From Mobula hypostoma (taxonomy: Eukaryota): a stretch of 64,000 bases of DNA. The DNA is taken from assembly GCF_963921235.1 (NCBI RefSeq), contig NC_086101.1, forward strand, positions 9,922,001-9,986,000, in the 5' to 3' direction. The notes below the pieces were generated by a model, which saw only the letters and a list, made by a program, of their open reading frames with translations, had not been told where the DNA came from and did not search any database. Below are positions 51,316 to 63,167 of the stretch, one piece after another (within the stretch, counting starts at the first letter, position 1; each line of letters starts with the position of its first letter). The position numbers and the translations under genes were made by a program.

Positions 51316-53441
51316 AAACATTGTCAAGTTGCCTCTGGATTGCCCTTATTATTGAGAAGATTGTTTCCATGAAAATTAAATTATAGGAATTGCAGTTCCT
51401 CAAAGTTATATTTAACCACATTTTCAACCTCCTGCTCTTCCCCTCTATGTATACCCTGGCCCCTTCTATCCTCCCTCAGTTCAATCTGTCCACTGCTCTG
51501 AAGAGCATCAGGAATAGAAACAAGAGGAAGCTATTCAGTCCCTCACACCTGCTGTCTCATTAAATAACATCAACACTACGTCCCTGTGCTGATGCCATTT
51601 CCACGATTCCCTTTATTGAAAAGTCTACCCCTGTCCCTCCTGAACATATTGGCTCTCTAAACATCCACAGCCACCACACCACACCCAGCTTGAAATGTTC
51701 AATCCTGCTTGGTGAATTAATTTATTGTCATCCCCTCACTGGGACCCTCTCCTATCAGCCACGGTCTTTAGTATACTTCTTCCTGTTAGGGATGTACATG
51801 TGCTATGCCTTCCAAATTGCTCCCAGAAATTCCAGTCATTGTTGGTCTGCTATCATCCAAGTGAGTTTTCTTCTCCAAATGACTTTGGCCATCAATCTGA
51901 ATCTTAGAAACTTCTTCCTGACTTCCGAGGGAAGCGATGATGTTTCTGGTTCCTGGGAGGATAGAAGGAGCAGGGGTATACATTGAGGGGAAGAGCAGGA
52001 GGGTGAAAATGTGGTTAAATATAACCATGAGCAACTGCAAGTTAGAAGATTGGACAGCTTTTAAAACCAACAGAAGGCAACTGAAAAAGTCATAAAAAGG
52101 AGAAGATGGGATACGAAGGTAAGCTAGCCAATAATTCTGGCATGGTTCCAGAGGAATAGAAATTTGCAAATGTCACTCCACTCTTCAAGAAGGGAGAGAG
52201 TCAGAAGAAAAAGGCAAGTGATAGGCCAGTTAGTTTGACCTCAGTAGTTGGGAAGATATTGGATAAGAATATGGTTTTGGACTACTTGAAGGAAGATAAT
52301 AGAATAGGCTGTAGTCAGCATGGTTTTCTTAAGGGAAAATCTTGCATGACAAATATATTGGAAGTTTTTGAAGAAATAACATGCAGGATAGACAGAGCAG
52401 AATCGGTAAATGTTGTATACGGATTTTCAAAAGGGCTTTGACACATGGATGGCTTTATGACCATGTTTGCAGACGATACAAAGGCAGAGGGGCAGGTAGT
52501 TTTGAGGAAGTAGAGAGGCTACAGAAGGAATTCGATTAGGAGGATGGGCAGAGAACAGACTAAGAAGTGGTCAATAGAATACAGTGTCAGGTCATGCACT
52601 TTAGTAGAAGAAATAAAAACATAGAATTTTTTTTTTGCAAATGGCAAACAAATTCAACAACCTGAGGTGGAAAGAGCTTCAGTAGTCCTTGTTTAATATT
52701 TCCTAAAGGTTAATCTGCAGGGCTGAGTTGGTGGTGTGGAAGGCACATGTGATGTTCGCAGTCATTTCAAGAGGACCAGAATTTAAAAGCCAGGATGTAA
52801 TGTGGAGGCATTGATAAAGTTTAAGGGAATGGGGGATTCTCAGATTCCTGTAAACAATGGGTTAAGTACCGACTATGTCTGTGTATTTTGTGGGTGACTG
52901 CAATGGGTTTGAATAATGTCTCACAGCTGCTTTCTTTGGAGCAAGATAAGGGTAAAAGTTCACCCAGACCCACATAAGATATCTCCTGGCTTTTCACACC
53001 TTTTGATTTTGACAGAAGGCAGTAGCTGATGGAAATTAGACAGGACATTCTTTTCTTAATTAAAACATAAATTTGACGGATGTTCTTATCTTTGTAATTA
53101 AGTTGTTGCTCCAACAAACCAGGTAGGACATTCTTTTCTTTAATTAAGGTGGCTGGAGTGTCTATCAAACTGATTGTTGTTTTGTAACAATAGTCCATTG
53201 ACTTGGCTGGAATGGTTATCAAACTGATTGTTCTTTTGTATCGGTGGCCTTATAACTTCTGACAACTCTGACCTCAGGCAGTGAACTTGTCGAACCACCG
53301 GGGAGGTGAAAACGTTTCTCTCCCTGGTGTCGGGACTAAGTTCACTCGCCGGCTGAGCTCGAATTTTAAAAAAGGGTGAAAAGAGAAAGAACGATCTTTT
53401 TGTGCTGTCGTTATTTGATCCAGCAAATTTACGTTTACATT

Positions 53442-53459
53442 TGGTGCGGTGACTCGGAT
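53442..53459 (+). promoter_or_regulatory. Retroviral primer-binding site, tRNA-His
   Basis: TGGTGCGGTGACTCGGAT is a 17/18 match to TGGTGCCGTGACTCGGAT (complement of the vertebrate tRNA-His 3' end), 2 nt after the LTR-terminal CA. Confidence 0.85.
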
Positions 53460-54205
53460 CCCAACATAGGGAACGTCTCTCTGGGCTGAGTAAGTGACGG
53501 GGGCTTGAATCGAACACAATTGAGTAGCGGGCGCCCCGAGGTATTTACCTCTGGCTACTCCCTGTGTCCGACCGAACAGTTTTGCCTCTCGCCCATCGAG
53601 ACTGGTACCTTGACGGGATCAGACGACCCGTTTGGATACAGAATTTAAGGTAAGCGGTTGTCTCCTTTACATTGCTGCGGGTGACAGGATATGGCCGGTT
53701 GAAATTTGACCATTCGGAAAAGGGGTTGCGCATGTCTCCAGAGATGGCTGGTTGAAATTTGTAAATAATATGAGACTAGCAGCCCGGCAAAATTCTTACC
53801 TTGGCACCAGAAATATGGCCGGTTGAAATTTAACGAGACAAGTTCAGGATAAAGGAGGAAAGGCCTCCAGAGTATGTGAGAGTTGTTTTTTTTCTCGCGA
53901 GTATTAGCGGAAAATAGGCTAGTAGTTTTTGTGGGAACTAAAGGCTGCGGGTGACATTGGGTATTCTATAATTGATTAAGGGGGAGGCAGGCTGGCTAAA
54001 TTTCTCACCCAGTGGCTTGTGCCTAGGCCCTTGTGTTGTGTATTTTGTGTCTATAAGATGTTTGCCTCGTTGGTTTGTCTGTGTTTCGTGTATTTGTGAT
54101 TTTGGCTACTCGCTTTACTTTGTTCAGCACTTTGGTCAACGTGAGCTGTTTTTAAATGTGCTATAGACTTGACTCAATAAATAAGAAAAGCTGATAAGGG
54201 CAATA

Positions 54206-56070
54206 ATGGGACAGGCCCTTGATACAGCTATGTGTGAACGAATACCGGATAAGAAAAGGACCTCCGGATGTTAAGTGCAGCGCTAACAAAGAAACTAGGG
54301 AAACACTGTGGCCACCAGGAAAAGCACGCTGTATATTTAATTTGGGAAAAGAATTGCGCTAAAAAGTGGAAATTATTGATTAAAGAATGGAAAGGTAGAG
54401 CCGATACTAAATGGAATGGTACCTCACTGGCCAGGGGGAGAAATAATGCATGTGATAAGGGGATAGAGGTATGTACGGCAGAGTGGACTCCCAAGAGTTG
54501 GGAGACACTGCAGGCGGAGTGGAGTGCTAATGGGTAGAAGGGAGAAGAAAGAAAGAAAGAACGAGAAACAAAGAACTTAGGCAAAAGCAGATATGGACAG
54601 ACAGGGAGGTTTAAAATCGGCAGTGCCGCGCGCGAAAATCTAGGGCCAATACGGGATCCCGAACCCATATCTGGCATACCGACCCTGTTTAAGGACAGTG
54701 ACCGCGATGAGAATTGGGCAGCCACCTTATCCCCCACCTTACCAGAGGCCGAGTGCACCCAGTGCTTCCGAACCCCAATCCTCCCAGTACTCAGGTACGG
54801 TGGCTGCTCGGATAAAACTGCAGCGGCAGGGAAGGGAAGGCTCTCTATACAGTACCCTGAGATCCAGAAAGGGAATACCGAGACAGGGAGGAAAGAATCC
54901 AATAAACCCCCAGAGTTAATAGCTCCACGGAGAAAATTGCCTACCCAAGTGCTGCCCAGTCCACGAGCAGCCGAGGAGGGACAGCCCTTAATAAATCTTG
55001 TATGCACCCTGGAAGCCTCAAGAGATGGTAACGATCATGAATCAGGCCCCCGATAGAAAAGAAAAAACAGCACAGTTTGCTTAGTATGTCCGCAGTACTA
55101 TACAAATGTATAATGCGACCCCGCAAGATTTATTTTGTCTGTGCTGCATGATCCCCTCATCTGATGAGGGGCGGAAATGGAAGGGCAGAACTAGGATACC
55201 AAACCTATCAGGAAACACACATCAAAGTTGCTGGTGAACGCAGCAGGCCAGGCAGCATCTCTAGGAAGAGATACAGTCGACGTTTCAGGCCGTCAGGACT
55301 AACTGAAGGAAGAGTTAGTAAGAGATTTGAAAAATCTCTTACTAAAAAGAGTTTTTTCAAATCTCTTACTAACTCTTCCTTCAGTTAGTCCTGACGAAGG
55401 GTCTCGGCCTGAAACGTCGACTGTACCTCTTTCTAGAGATGCTGCCTGGCCTGCTGCGTTCACCAGCAACTTTTATGTGTGTTGCTTGAATTTCCAGCAT
55501 CGGCAGAATTCCTGTTGTTTGCGTTTTTATAAAACCTATCAGGAGTTACAGGCAGGAATCCATAATGAGAATAAACAGACAGACCAGATTATTCAAGCCT
55601 TGGAGAGGGCTCTCCAGCACCCTGTAAACATCTCTAAAGTACTTGAATGCAAACCGAAGCCTGAGAAATCGGGACCAGACTATTGGGAGCGATTTATGGC
55701 CTGGACGGCGCTTTCGCAGGAGACCAAGCCTTTAATAATGAGAATCCGCTCCCCCAGTTTAATGCCCTACTGCTCAAGTGTTTACCAACTAAGTTAGCCA
55801 ACAGGATTAAAACTAATAATATGGATTGGCCTGACAATGGCCTAAATCAAATGCGACGTGCTTTGACCTAATACTGGACCCAGCTTTCTAATCCCAATCA
55901 ACCCCGAAGGGAACATTAAAGGTGAATATGTTCAGCAGTAAGAAGGTTGCTTCCTACCATGAGTACCACCCTTCAGGAGGAGCCCAATATAATATTGCAA
56001 GATGCTGCAATTCTAATTCCGTTTATGATGGTATAGGAAAAGGCATACTGGCTATCAGATGCTACAATCA
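54206..56070 (+). pseudogene. gag: Retroviral gag pseudogene (frameshifts, stops, Penelope insertion)
   Basis: ATG GGA CAG (MGQ) at 54206; late domains at 54731-54760; VNISKVLECKPKPEKSGPDYWERF at 55624-55695. Confidence 0.75.
55214..55531. mobile_element. Fold-back Penelope terminal-repeat insertion in gag, 13-bp TSD
   Basis: aaacctatcagga at 55201-55213 and 55532-55544; two inverted copies of the hammerhead-bearing terminus. Confidence 0.82.
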
Positions 56071-56714
56071 CTCTGGGTTCGAAGGCACGGAACGTACGTA
56101 TTCACGTACCCAGCCACTGCAGGTGAAATTCCACGGGACCCAGTGTGAGGTTTCATTTACAGTCACCACCAGTCTGTGTCATGGTCCAGTCCGTGAGGTC
56201 CGCATTCCGGTTCACGGTCAGGTCCATTGATCCGTATTCCAGGTTTTCCAGTTTTCCATTGTTCTGTTGGGTGCTCTAATTTAGGCACATGATTCTCGTT
56301 TGGGCAGACACATAATGCCTCCGGAGACAAGGGCTTGGCTGCTGCAACCAGTGCCTGAAGCCGTGCCTCGCCTGTAACCTTCGCCTGCACCGCTGTCAAG
56401 TTCAATCGCCGGAGCAAGATAAGGAACTGTCTATCGTTGTTTTAAACTGTCTCTATGTCCACGCCTTTCCTAGGTAGATCTGGCTGTTTGCTGCTACGTA
56501 GTGTTGGGAACCGTCTCATCGTGTTCAGCATTCTGTGTATGAGTCCTGGGCCTACCTCCTGTTCCCAAAGAGAGGTCCCGGCTCTATGTTCTGCATTCCT
56601 GTCTCTCTCGACCAAGTCAAGGCTTTGTGTTCTCGTCCTGTCCATGTGCCTCGCACAGGCTGGTGCTGGGGTTCCCTCGTCCTGTGCATTAGGGTGTTGT
56701 TCCTCCAACCAGAG

Positions 56715-57295
56715 AAAGCAGGATCTCCCAGTGGCCTCACATTTTAATTGCACGTCCCATTCCCATTCTGACATGTCTATCCACGGCCCCCTCTACTGTA
56801 AAGATGAAGCCACACTCAGGTTGGAGGAACAACACCTTATATTCTGGGTATCCTCCAACCTGATGGCATGAACATTGACTTCTCAAACTTCTGCTAATGC
56901 CCCACCTCCCCCTCGTACCCCATCCATTACTTATTTATTTATATACACACATTCTTTATCTCTCTCTCCTTTTTCTCCCTCTGTCCCTCTCACTATACCC
57001 CTTTCCCATCCTCTGGGTTCCCCCCTCCGCCTTTTCTTTCTCCCCAGACCTCCTGTCCCATGATCCTCTCATATCCCTTTTGCCAATCACCTGTCCAGCT
57101 CTTGGCTCCATCCTTCCCCCTCCTGTCTTCTCCTACCATTTTGGATCTCCTCCTCCCCCTCCCACCTTCAAATCTCTTACTAGCTCTTCTTTCAGTTAGT
57201 CCTGACGAAGGGTCTCGGCCAGAAACGTTGACTGTACCTCTTCCTAGAGATGCTGCCTGGCCTGCTGCGTTCACCAGCAACTTTGATGTGTGTTG
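56715..57295 (+). mobile_element. Penelope-like 3' fragment
   Basis: PVASHFN..SHSHSDM...RLEEQHLIF endonuclease C-terminus plus terminal repeat with a variant hammerhead (57198-57233). Confidence 0.82.
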
Positions 57296-60194
57296 TTTTC
57301 CCAATATACCTGCATGTTAAAATCTCCCAGGACTATCATAACATTGCCCTTTTGACACTCGTGTTCTATCTCCCATTGTAATCTGTAGTCCACATCCGAG
57401 GTACTGTTTGGAGGCCTGTATAGTATATAATTTCCATCAGCGTCCCTTCACCCTGCACTGTTCTATGTTCTGTTTCCTGTTTAGAAGAAGAAAAAGTGTG
57501 TAGGTGATCCTAAAATTGCTGGCATAGAGATTGTCTGTGGTGGATTTGAAACCTGTAAGAAAATGTGAACTCAAATGGGTCAAGGACAGTGAAAGCAAAC
57601 AGATCAATTGAATTTCCTAACCTCGTTCTATTGACGAGTGCTGAACTGTATAGTGGACAGTGATGAGGTTCTCTCAGATGACAATGGCACCTTGATCAAA
57701 TGAGCCAGTGGAAAAGAGGAATGGCAGATGGAGTTTAATTTAGAGAAACGTGTTTTGGGACAAAAACAAACAACAGGGCAGGACCGACACAGTGATTGAT
57801 GAGCCCCAGGAGAGCATTATAGAGGGGGGTGGGTGGGTTGGGTTTGCCACCTTCACCAATCAAAATGCTGAGCACAGGAGCTGGGACGTCACGTTACGTG
57901 TGTACAATATGTCGGTAGGGCTACATTTGGAGCATTGTTTACAGTTCTGGTTGCCTGCTGGAAAGCGAAACCGCAGGAAGAGCAGAATCCAAATGCTGCA
58001 ACTCCACTGGAGAAAGTGCTAGAATATCTGGTTTACAGAATGTAGGCACTGGCAGCAGAACCAACATTTATTGCCTGCCAACAGCCCTTGAGAAGTTCGA
58101 AACGAGTGTCTTCAGCTGCTGCAGTCCGTGTAGTGCCATCAATTTAATAATAGTGTTTATTAATGTTGGTATTCTGTCAACGTAATATGTGATTGGATAA
58201 TTAACAAGACTATTCGTGCAAATTATTACCCCAACTTCTAAACCCAATCAGCGTGAAGATCCCCACCGACCAATTGGGGGAGCCTGGATGAAACCCACGC
58301 GATCATTTGAAGAACTTGCCAAGTCCTTCCAGATAGCTGCAGGAATCGAACCCCGGTGACTGATCGCAGCCGCTGTAAAGCTATTGCTCCACCCGCTATG
58401 CTGCCCAGCTACCTTAATGTTTATGCAACGGCAGAACATCAGATTTCTGTAGCGATCTTTGCCTCCGCTTTCCATCTACGCGATTCCATTATCAATCGGT
58501 GAGAATGCGAGACCGCTTCATCGAGCACCTTCACATCACCCGCCACAAAAGGCGGGATATCTCGGTGGCCGCCCATTTCAATTCCACTTCCCATTCTGAC
58601 ACGCCAGTCCATGACATTTTCTACTGCTACGATGAGGACACACTCGGGCAGAGGAAAAACACTTAACTCCGTCTGGTTAGCTCCAACATGACGATATGAA
58701 CATTTATTTCTCCAATTTCCTGTAATTTCTCCCTCCCCCTCTCTTTTTGCATTCCCTATTCCGTTTCAGCTACCACCCCCTCTATTCTCCTCACCTGCCC
58801 ATCACCTCCTCTGGAGCCTCTCATCCCTTCCTTTATTCCATGGTCCACTCTCCTCTCCCATCAGATTCTCTTCAGCCCTTTACCACTTACCACCTCCCAG
58901 CTTCTTCGTTCATACTCCGTCCCCCACTCAACTGGTCTCACCTATCACACGCCTCTTTAACTCCTTACCCTGACCCCACTTTATCCCGACTTCATTCCCC
59001 CTCCATTCCAGTCCCGATGAAGGTTCTCAGAGGGAAGCATCGTCTGTTTATTCCTTCCATAAATGCTGCCAGACCCGCTGAGTTCCTCCAGCATTTTGTT
59101 GTTTTTTTTAAAATTTCCAGCATCTGTAGAATCTCCTGTGTCAGATCCATTTGTTATTGTTGTCTGTTTGTTTGAATCAAATGCTCGGGGAAAAAAAAAA
59201 TCAGAAAATGCTTGAAATCGGCAGAGGCCAGGCAGCAGTTACATGAATTCTGGAAGATGTCATCGATGTGGAACGCAAATTCCGTTTCACTCTTCGTGGA
59301 TCCTGATGGACCTCCTGTGTTGTTTTCTGCGCTTGCTGGGAATAAAGTGGGTCCAAAACACAATAAGTGATACATTTGTGGACCAGTTGGGATCCCGGTT
59401 CTATTTGTCTTGTAAATTAAAGGAACAGCTTCTCAAACTGGCGACAGGAACATCGAATTCTTAAACTTCTGGTAGTCACTTGCCCTCTTTCATATTTCCT
59501 TTTCCACCATCCCCTATCACTCTATTTCCACCCCGCCTCATCTACATTTGCTCTTCTTCGATCCACTTCGTTCACCAGCCCCATCACCCTATCTCTTTCC
59601 CCTCCTCCCCCACTCTCCCCATCTGTCCATCACCCACACACTCCACCCCACCTCGCTCTCTTCATTCCACACTCCACTTTCCTGTCCTACCAGATTCCAT
59701 CATCATTGACTTTCCCAGCTCTCACCTCCCGGCTTCTGACACATTTCCACACTCCACCCCTCCCGCATCCGGATCAGCTGCCAGCGTTCACTCCCCCTTC
59801 CTTCCACCTTTCCCTACAGAATATCTTCCCTCTTTCTTTCGGCCGAGATGCAGGGTCTCGAGCAGAAATGTCAACTGTTCATTTCTCTCCATAGATGCTG
59901 CCTGTCTCGCTGAGAATCTCCGGTACTTTTGTGCTCTCACCACTGGCTGTCCCATTCCCTAAGATTAACCTTCCAAGCAGCAGCACCACCACTTGTCCAA
60001 CTTAACCTGTCACATTGTCTGTGGAGTTTAGGACCCAGGAGAGTCGGGAAGCTCCGGACCTGTCGCAGACGGCTGCTACTAAATACTGTACCCAGTATTG
60101 CTGTTCCGTTGTCGTATGCAGAGAAGGCATTAAAATTAGTCAATGGCAGTTCTTGGCCACTAGTTTTTATGCTAATTTATTATCGATAGTTCTC

Positions 60195-60345
60195 GGCCAC
60201 TGGTTTTTATGGTTAAGTCTAGAAGAAAGGATAAAGTTTCCCATTGAAAATGTGGAGATGCGACGTGGTCTCCGCGTTGTAAAATGAAACTGTCCCGGAA
60301 TCGTAACTGAGATAAACCCCTGACCGCTCTCTTCCTTTCCGCAGC
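60195..60345 (-). pseudogene. Decayed SPRY exon remnant of a third TRIM paralogue
   Basis: GVYLSYDSGTVSFYNAETTSHLHIFNGKLYPFF* aligns to TRIM-B exon 6 with two internal deletions and a TGG>TAG stop; the 3' flank ~59950-60200 resembles ~35580-35860. Confidence 0.85.
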
Positions 60346-62200
60346 TGTTCCTGAAACTGTTGGTGTGGGACCCTGGGATGCTGTACCTCTTCCTGATGGC
60401 ACATGTGAGAAGAGAGCGTGGCCTGAGAGGCGGGGGTCCCTGATGATGTATGTTGCTCTCTCCTGGCAGCGCCCCTTGTAAGATGTGCTCAATCCTGTGG
60501 AAGGCTTTTCCTGCGATGGTCTGGGCTGTTTTCACTGGGGGCATTTGTGATTCCATAACACTCCGTGATACAAGCAGGTATGATGCCCCCCCCCCCCCGT
60601 GCATCTGTAGAAGTCTGTAAAACTTTGAGATGACATGCTGAACGCAGAGGTGCTCCCGTGTCGTCTTTGAAATGACACTTAGATAGATAGATAGATATTG
60701 ATCCCCAGGGAAATTGGGTTTTGTTGCAGCCACACCAACCAAGAATAGAGTATAAATATAGCAATACAAAAACCACAAACAACCAAACAACAATATGCAA
60801 ACTATGCCAGATGGAATTAAGTCCAGGACCAGCCAATTGACTCAGGGTGTCTGACCCTCCACGGGAGGAGCTGCAAAGTTCAATGGCCACAGGCAGGAAC
60901 AACCTCCCATGACGCCCAGTGTTGTATCTCGGTGGAATATGGCCGGAGTCCAACAGCAAAAAGTTCAATATCCAGTCTAGAAACACGTTCCCCGATCATA
61001 ATATGAACCGGATTGCACTATCCGTTGTTAACCAGAACAGCAAGCCCCCAACTCCTTTACGCTTACCGCTCTCAGTGCACTTCCGGTCAGCCCGAATGGT
61101 CTGGAAGCCATCCATGGAAAAGTTTTGACTGGGCTGATTCCAGGACAAATCCTCTGAAACGATAATGCCAAGGAATATAAAGCTACTCACCCTCACCAAC
61201 TCCCATCCCTTGACATCTTTCTCATGGACCTCAGGTTTCTTCCCCCTGTGGTTGATAACCAGCTTTTGGTTTGCTGACATTGAGTGAGAAGTTATTGTTG
61301 TGGCACCAATCAGCCAGATTTACAATTTCCCTACGATGTACTGATTCCTCACAATGTTTGATTCGGCCAACAATAGTAGCGCTGTCAACAAACTTAAATA
61401 TGAAATTGGAGCCATGCTTAGCCTTAGAGTCACAAGTATAAATGAAGCAGATCAGAAGGCGAAGCACGAAGTCTTGTCATGTGCCTGACAGGGGAGGAGA
61501 TGTTGCCAATCTGAATTGACAGATTATTTCTGAGGGGATGATAGTGTTGAGAGAAGAGCATCCCAATGTCTGACTCTTCACTGTTGAGATGTTCCTCCAA
61601 TCACTTGAGGAAGTTCTGCTCATGGGCCCCAGGTTTCTTTCTCCTGTAGTCGATAATTGGCCTTTGGTTTTGCTGACATTCAGTGAGAGGTTATTGTGGC
61701 ATAATTCAACCAGATTTCTAATCTCCCTCCTATCATCGCTTCCTTTGATCTGGCCAACAATAGTGATGCCGTCAGCAAACTGAAGCATAACATTGGAGCT
61801 GTGCTTAGCCTCAGAGTCATAAGTATAAAGCGAACAGGGGGCTAAGCATAAATCCTTGCTGTGTTCCTGGGCTGATGGTGATTGTGGAGGAGATGTTGCC
61901 AATATGACTGGGCTCTGCAAGTTCAAGAATCCAGTTGTACAAAGAGATATTGAGGCCTCCGTCTTGGAGCTTTTGAGGGGATGATAGTGTTGAATGAAGA
62001 AAATCCTGGTGTATGTATCTCCACTGTCCAGATGTTAGAAAGCTGATTGAAGAGTCAATGAAATGGCATCTGCTGTTGATGTGTTGTGACACATGGGCAG
62101 TAGTCACTCCACAGGAAGGAGGTGATATGTTTCATGAGCAATCTCTCAAAGCATTTCATCACAGTGGATGTAAATGCAACTGGACAATAGCAGGTCAGGC
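60346..62200 (-). mobile_element. Rex1/Babar-type LINE fragments with a nested repeat
   Basis: QQGFMLSPLF; FKFVDSATIVG...WCHNNNFSLNVSK. Confidence 0.65.
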
Positions 62201-62589
62201 AGCATCTGTGAAGGGGAATAACTAGTAGATGTTTCAGGGCTAGACTCCATCGAATGGAAAGGAGGAAGAAACCAGAATAAGGAAATAAGGAGGGAGGGTG
62301 TTATGGGAATGAAAGAGTACAACCTGCAGCTGATAAGTGAAACAAAGTGAGAGAGAACGTGGGGCGGGGGGGGGGGGGGGAGAGATATAAAGCCGGGAGG
62401 AGTTCGGTGGAAGAGCTAAAGGACTGGAGGATAGGAGTGGACAGTGGACTCCAGCAGAAAAGGAAAAAAGGAGGGGAACCAGAATAATAACAATCATAAC
62501 AGAATTAATACGTGCAAAGGACAACAAGCTGTGCAAACACAAGAAGCAAACAGTACCATTAATAAATATATAAGCAATTAATATCGAGG

Positions 62590-63167
62590 TTCCTAAGGTT
62601 GTCAAGCTGAGGAGAGGTAGTGGGGACCAGCTCCCACTACCTAAAAGTGCTCCTGACGGCATGTGACTCAAATAGCCTTTGACAACCAAGTCCAACTCCT
62701 GGCCTTCTCGTGTGGCTTAGCCTCTAAGCCCGGCGGAACTGTTTCTACTGATAGATGGGGCGAAGGCGGGTTCTGGCACCTTAAAACCAGTGATTCGGGT
62801 AGATGGAGCTCATTAGCCTGGGGAGGCAGTCCATCTTAGAGAGGGAAAACTCTGATTTCAAACCTCCACTGCTTTGTGGCCATACCCACTCATGGGAAAG
62901 GCTTCGGGAGTAAACCCTGAGGACAAATCTGGAGTCCCTAAGGCAGTCCAACGTGGCTTTCAACCTCGCTCTGGCAACTCCTGCGACGACACTGGTGCCA
63001 AGCTGTATCGGCCCTTGCCCTTCCCTTGGACAACATCGGTGTCATGGAGAGGGGAGACTTGCTGCATGGGCAACTGCCGGTCTTCCATCCAACCTTGCCC
63101 AGGCATGCGCCCTGAAAACCATCCAGGCGCGGATCCATGGTCTCACGAGACTAACGGATGCCACCGC
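62590..63167 (+). mobile_element. Short non-autonomous RTE-like element
   Basis: RTE-5'-UTR-like motif (gagggaaaactctgatttcaaacctcc), no credible ORF, 3' part shared with SINE 20894-21202; interrupts a Rex1-like tail. Confidence 0.5.

Larger units (their letters stand above)
52820..56070 (+). mobile_element. Truncated endogenous retrovirus: LTR (~52820/52849-53439), PBS, leader and degenerate gag
   Basis: LTR ends ...GTTTACA (inverted to TGTAAAC at 52849); tRNA-His PBS follows; gag remnants MGQ..., PPPY/PSAP, capsid-like YAPWKPQEM..YNATPQDL and MHR-like region; no pol or env recognised. Confidence 0.8.

Noticed and set aside
51400..52030. Inverted repeat pair as DNA-transposon TIRs
   Set aside because: Both arms look like fragments of the same CR1 region in opposite orientation; no TSD found.
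52821..52836. Polypurine tract implying this is a 3' LTR
   Set aside because: It is not flush with the TG at 52849, and the LTR is followed by PBS and gag; more likely part of U3.
54228..55007. 259-aa minus-strand ORF
   Set aside because: Antisense to purine-rich gag, with no recognisable motifs.
56010..56070. Gag CCHC zinc knuckle
   Set aside because: The position is suitable, but it is too degenerate to read a Cx2Cx4Hx4C motif in one frame.
62597..62690. Twister or HDV-like ribozyme call
   Set aside because: The required pseudoknot pairings and conserved loop residues could not be placed; kept only as an unassigned structure.
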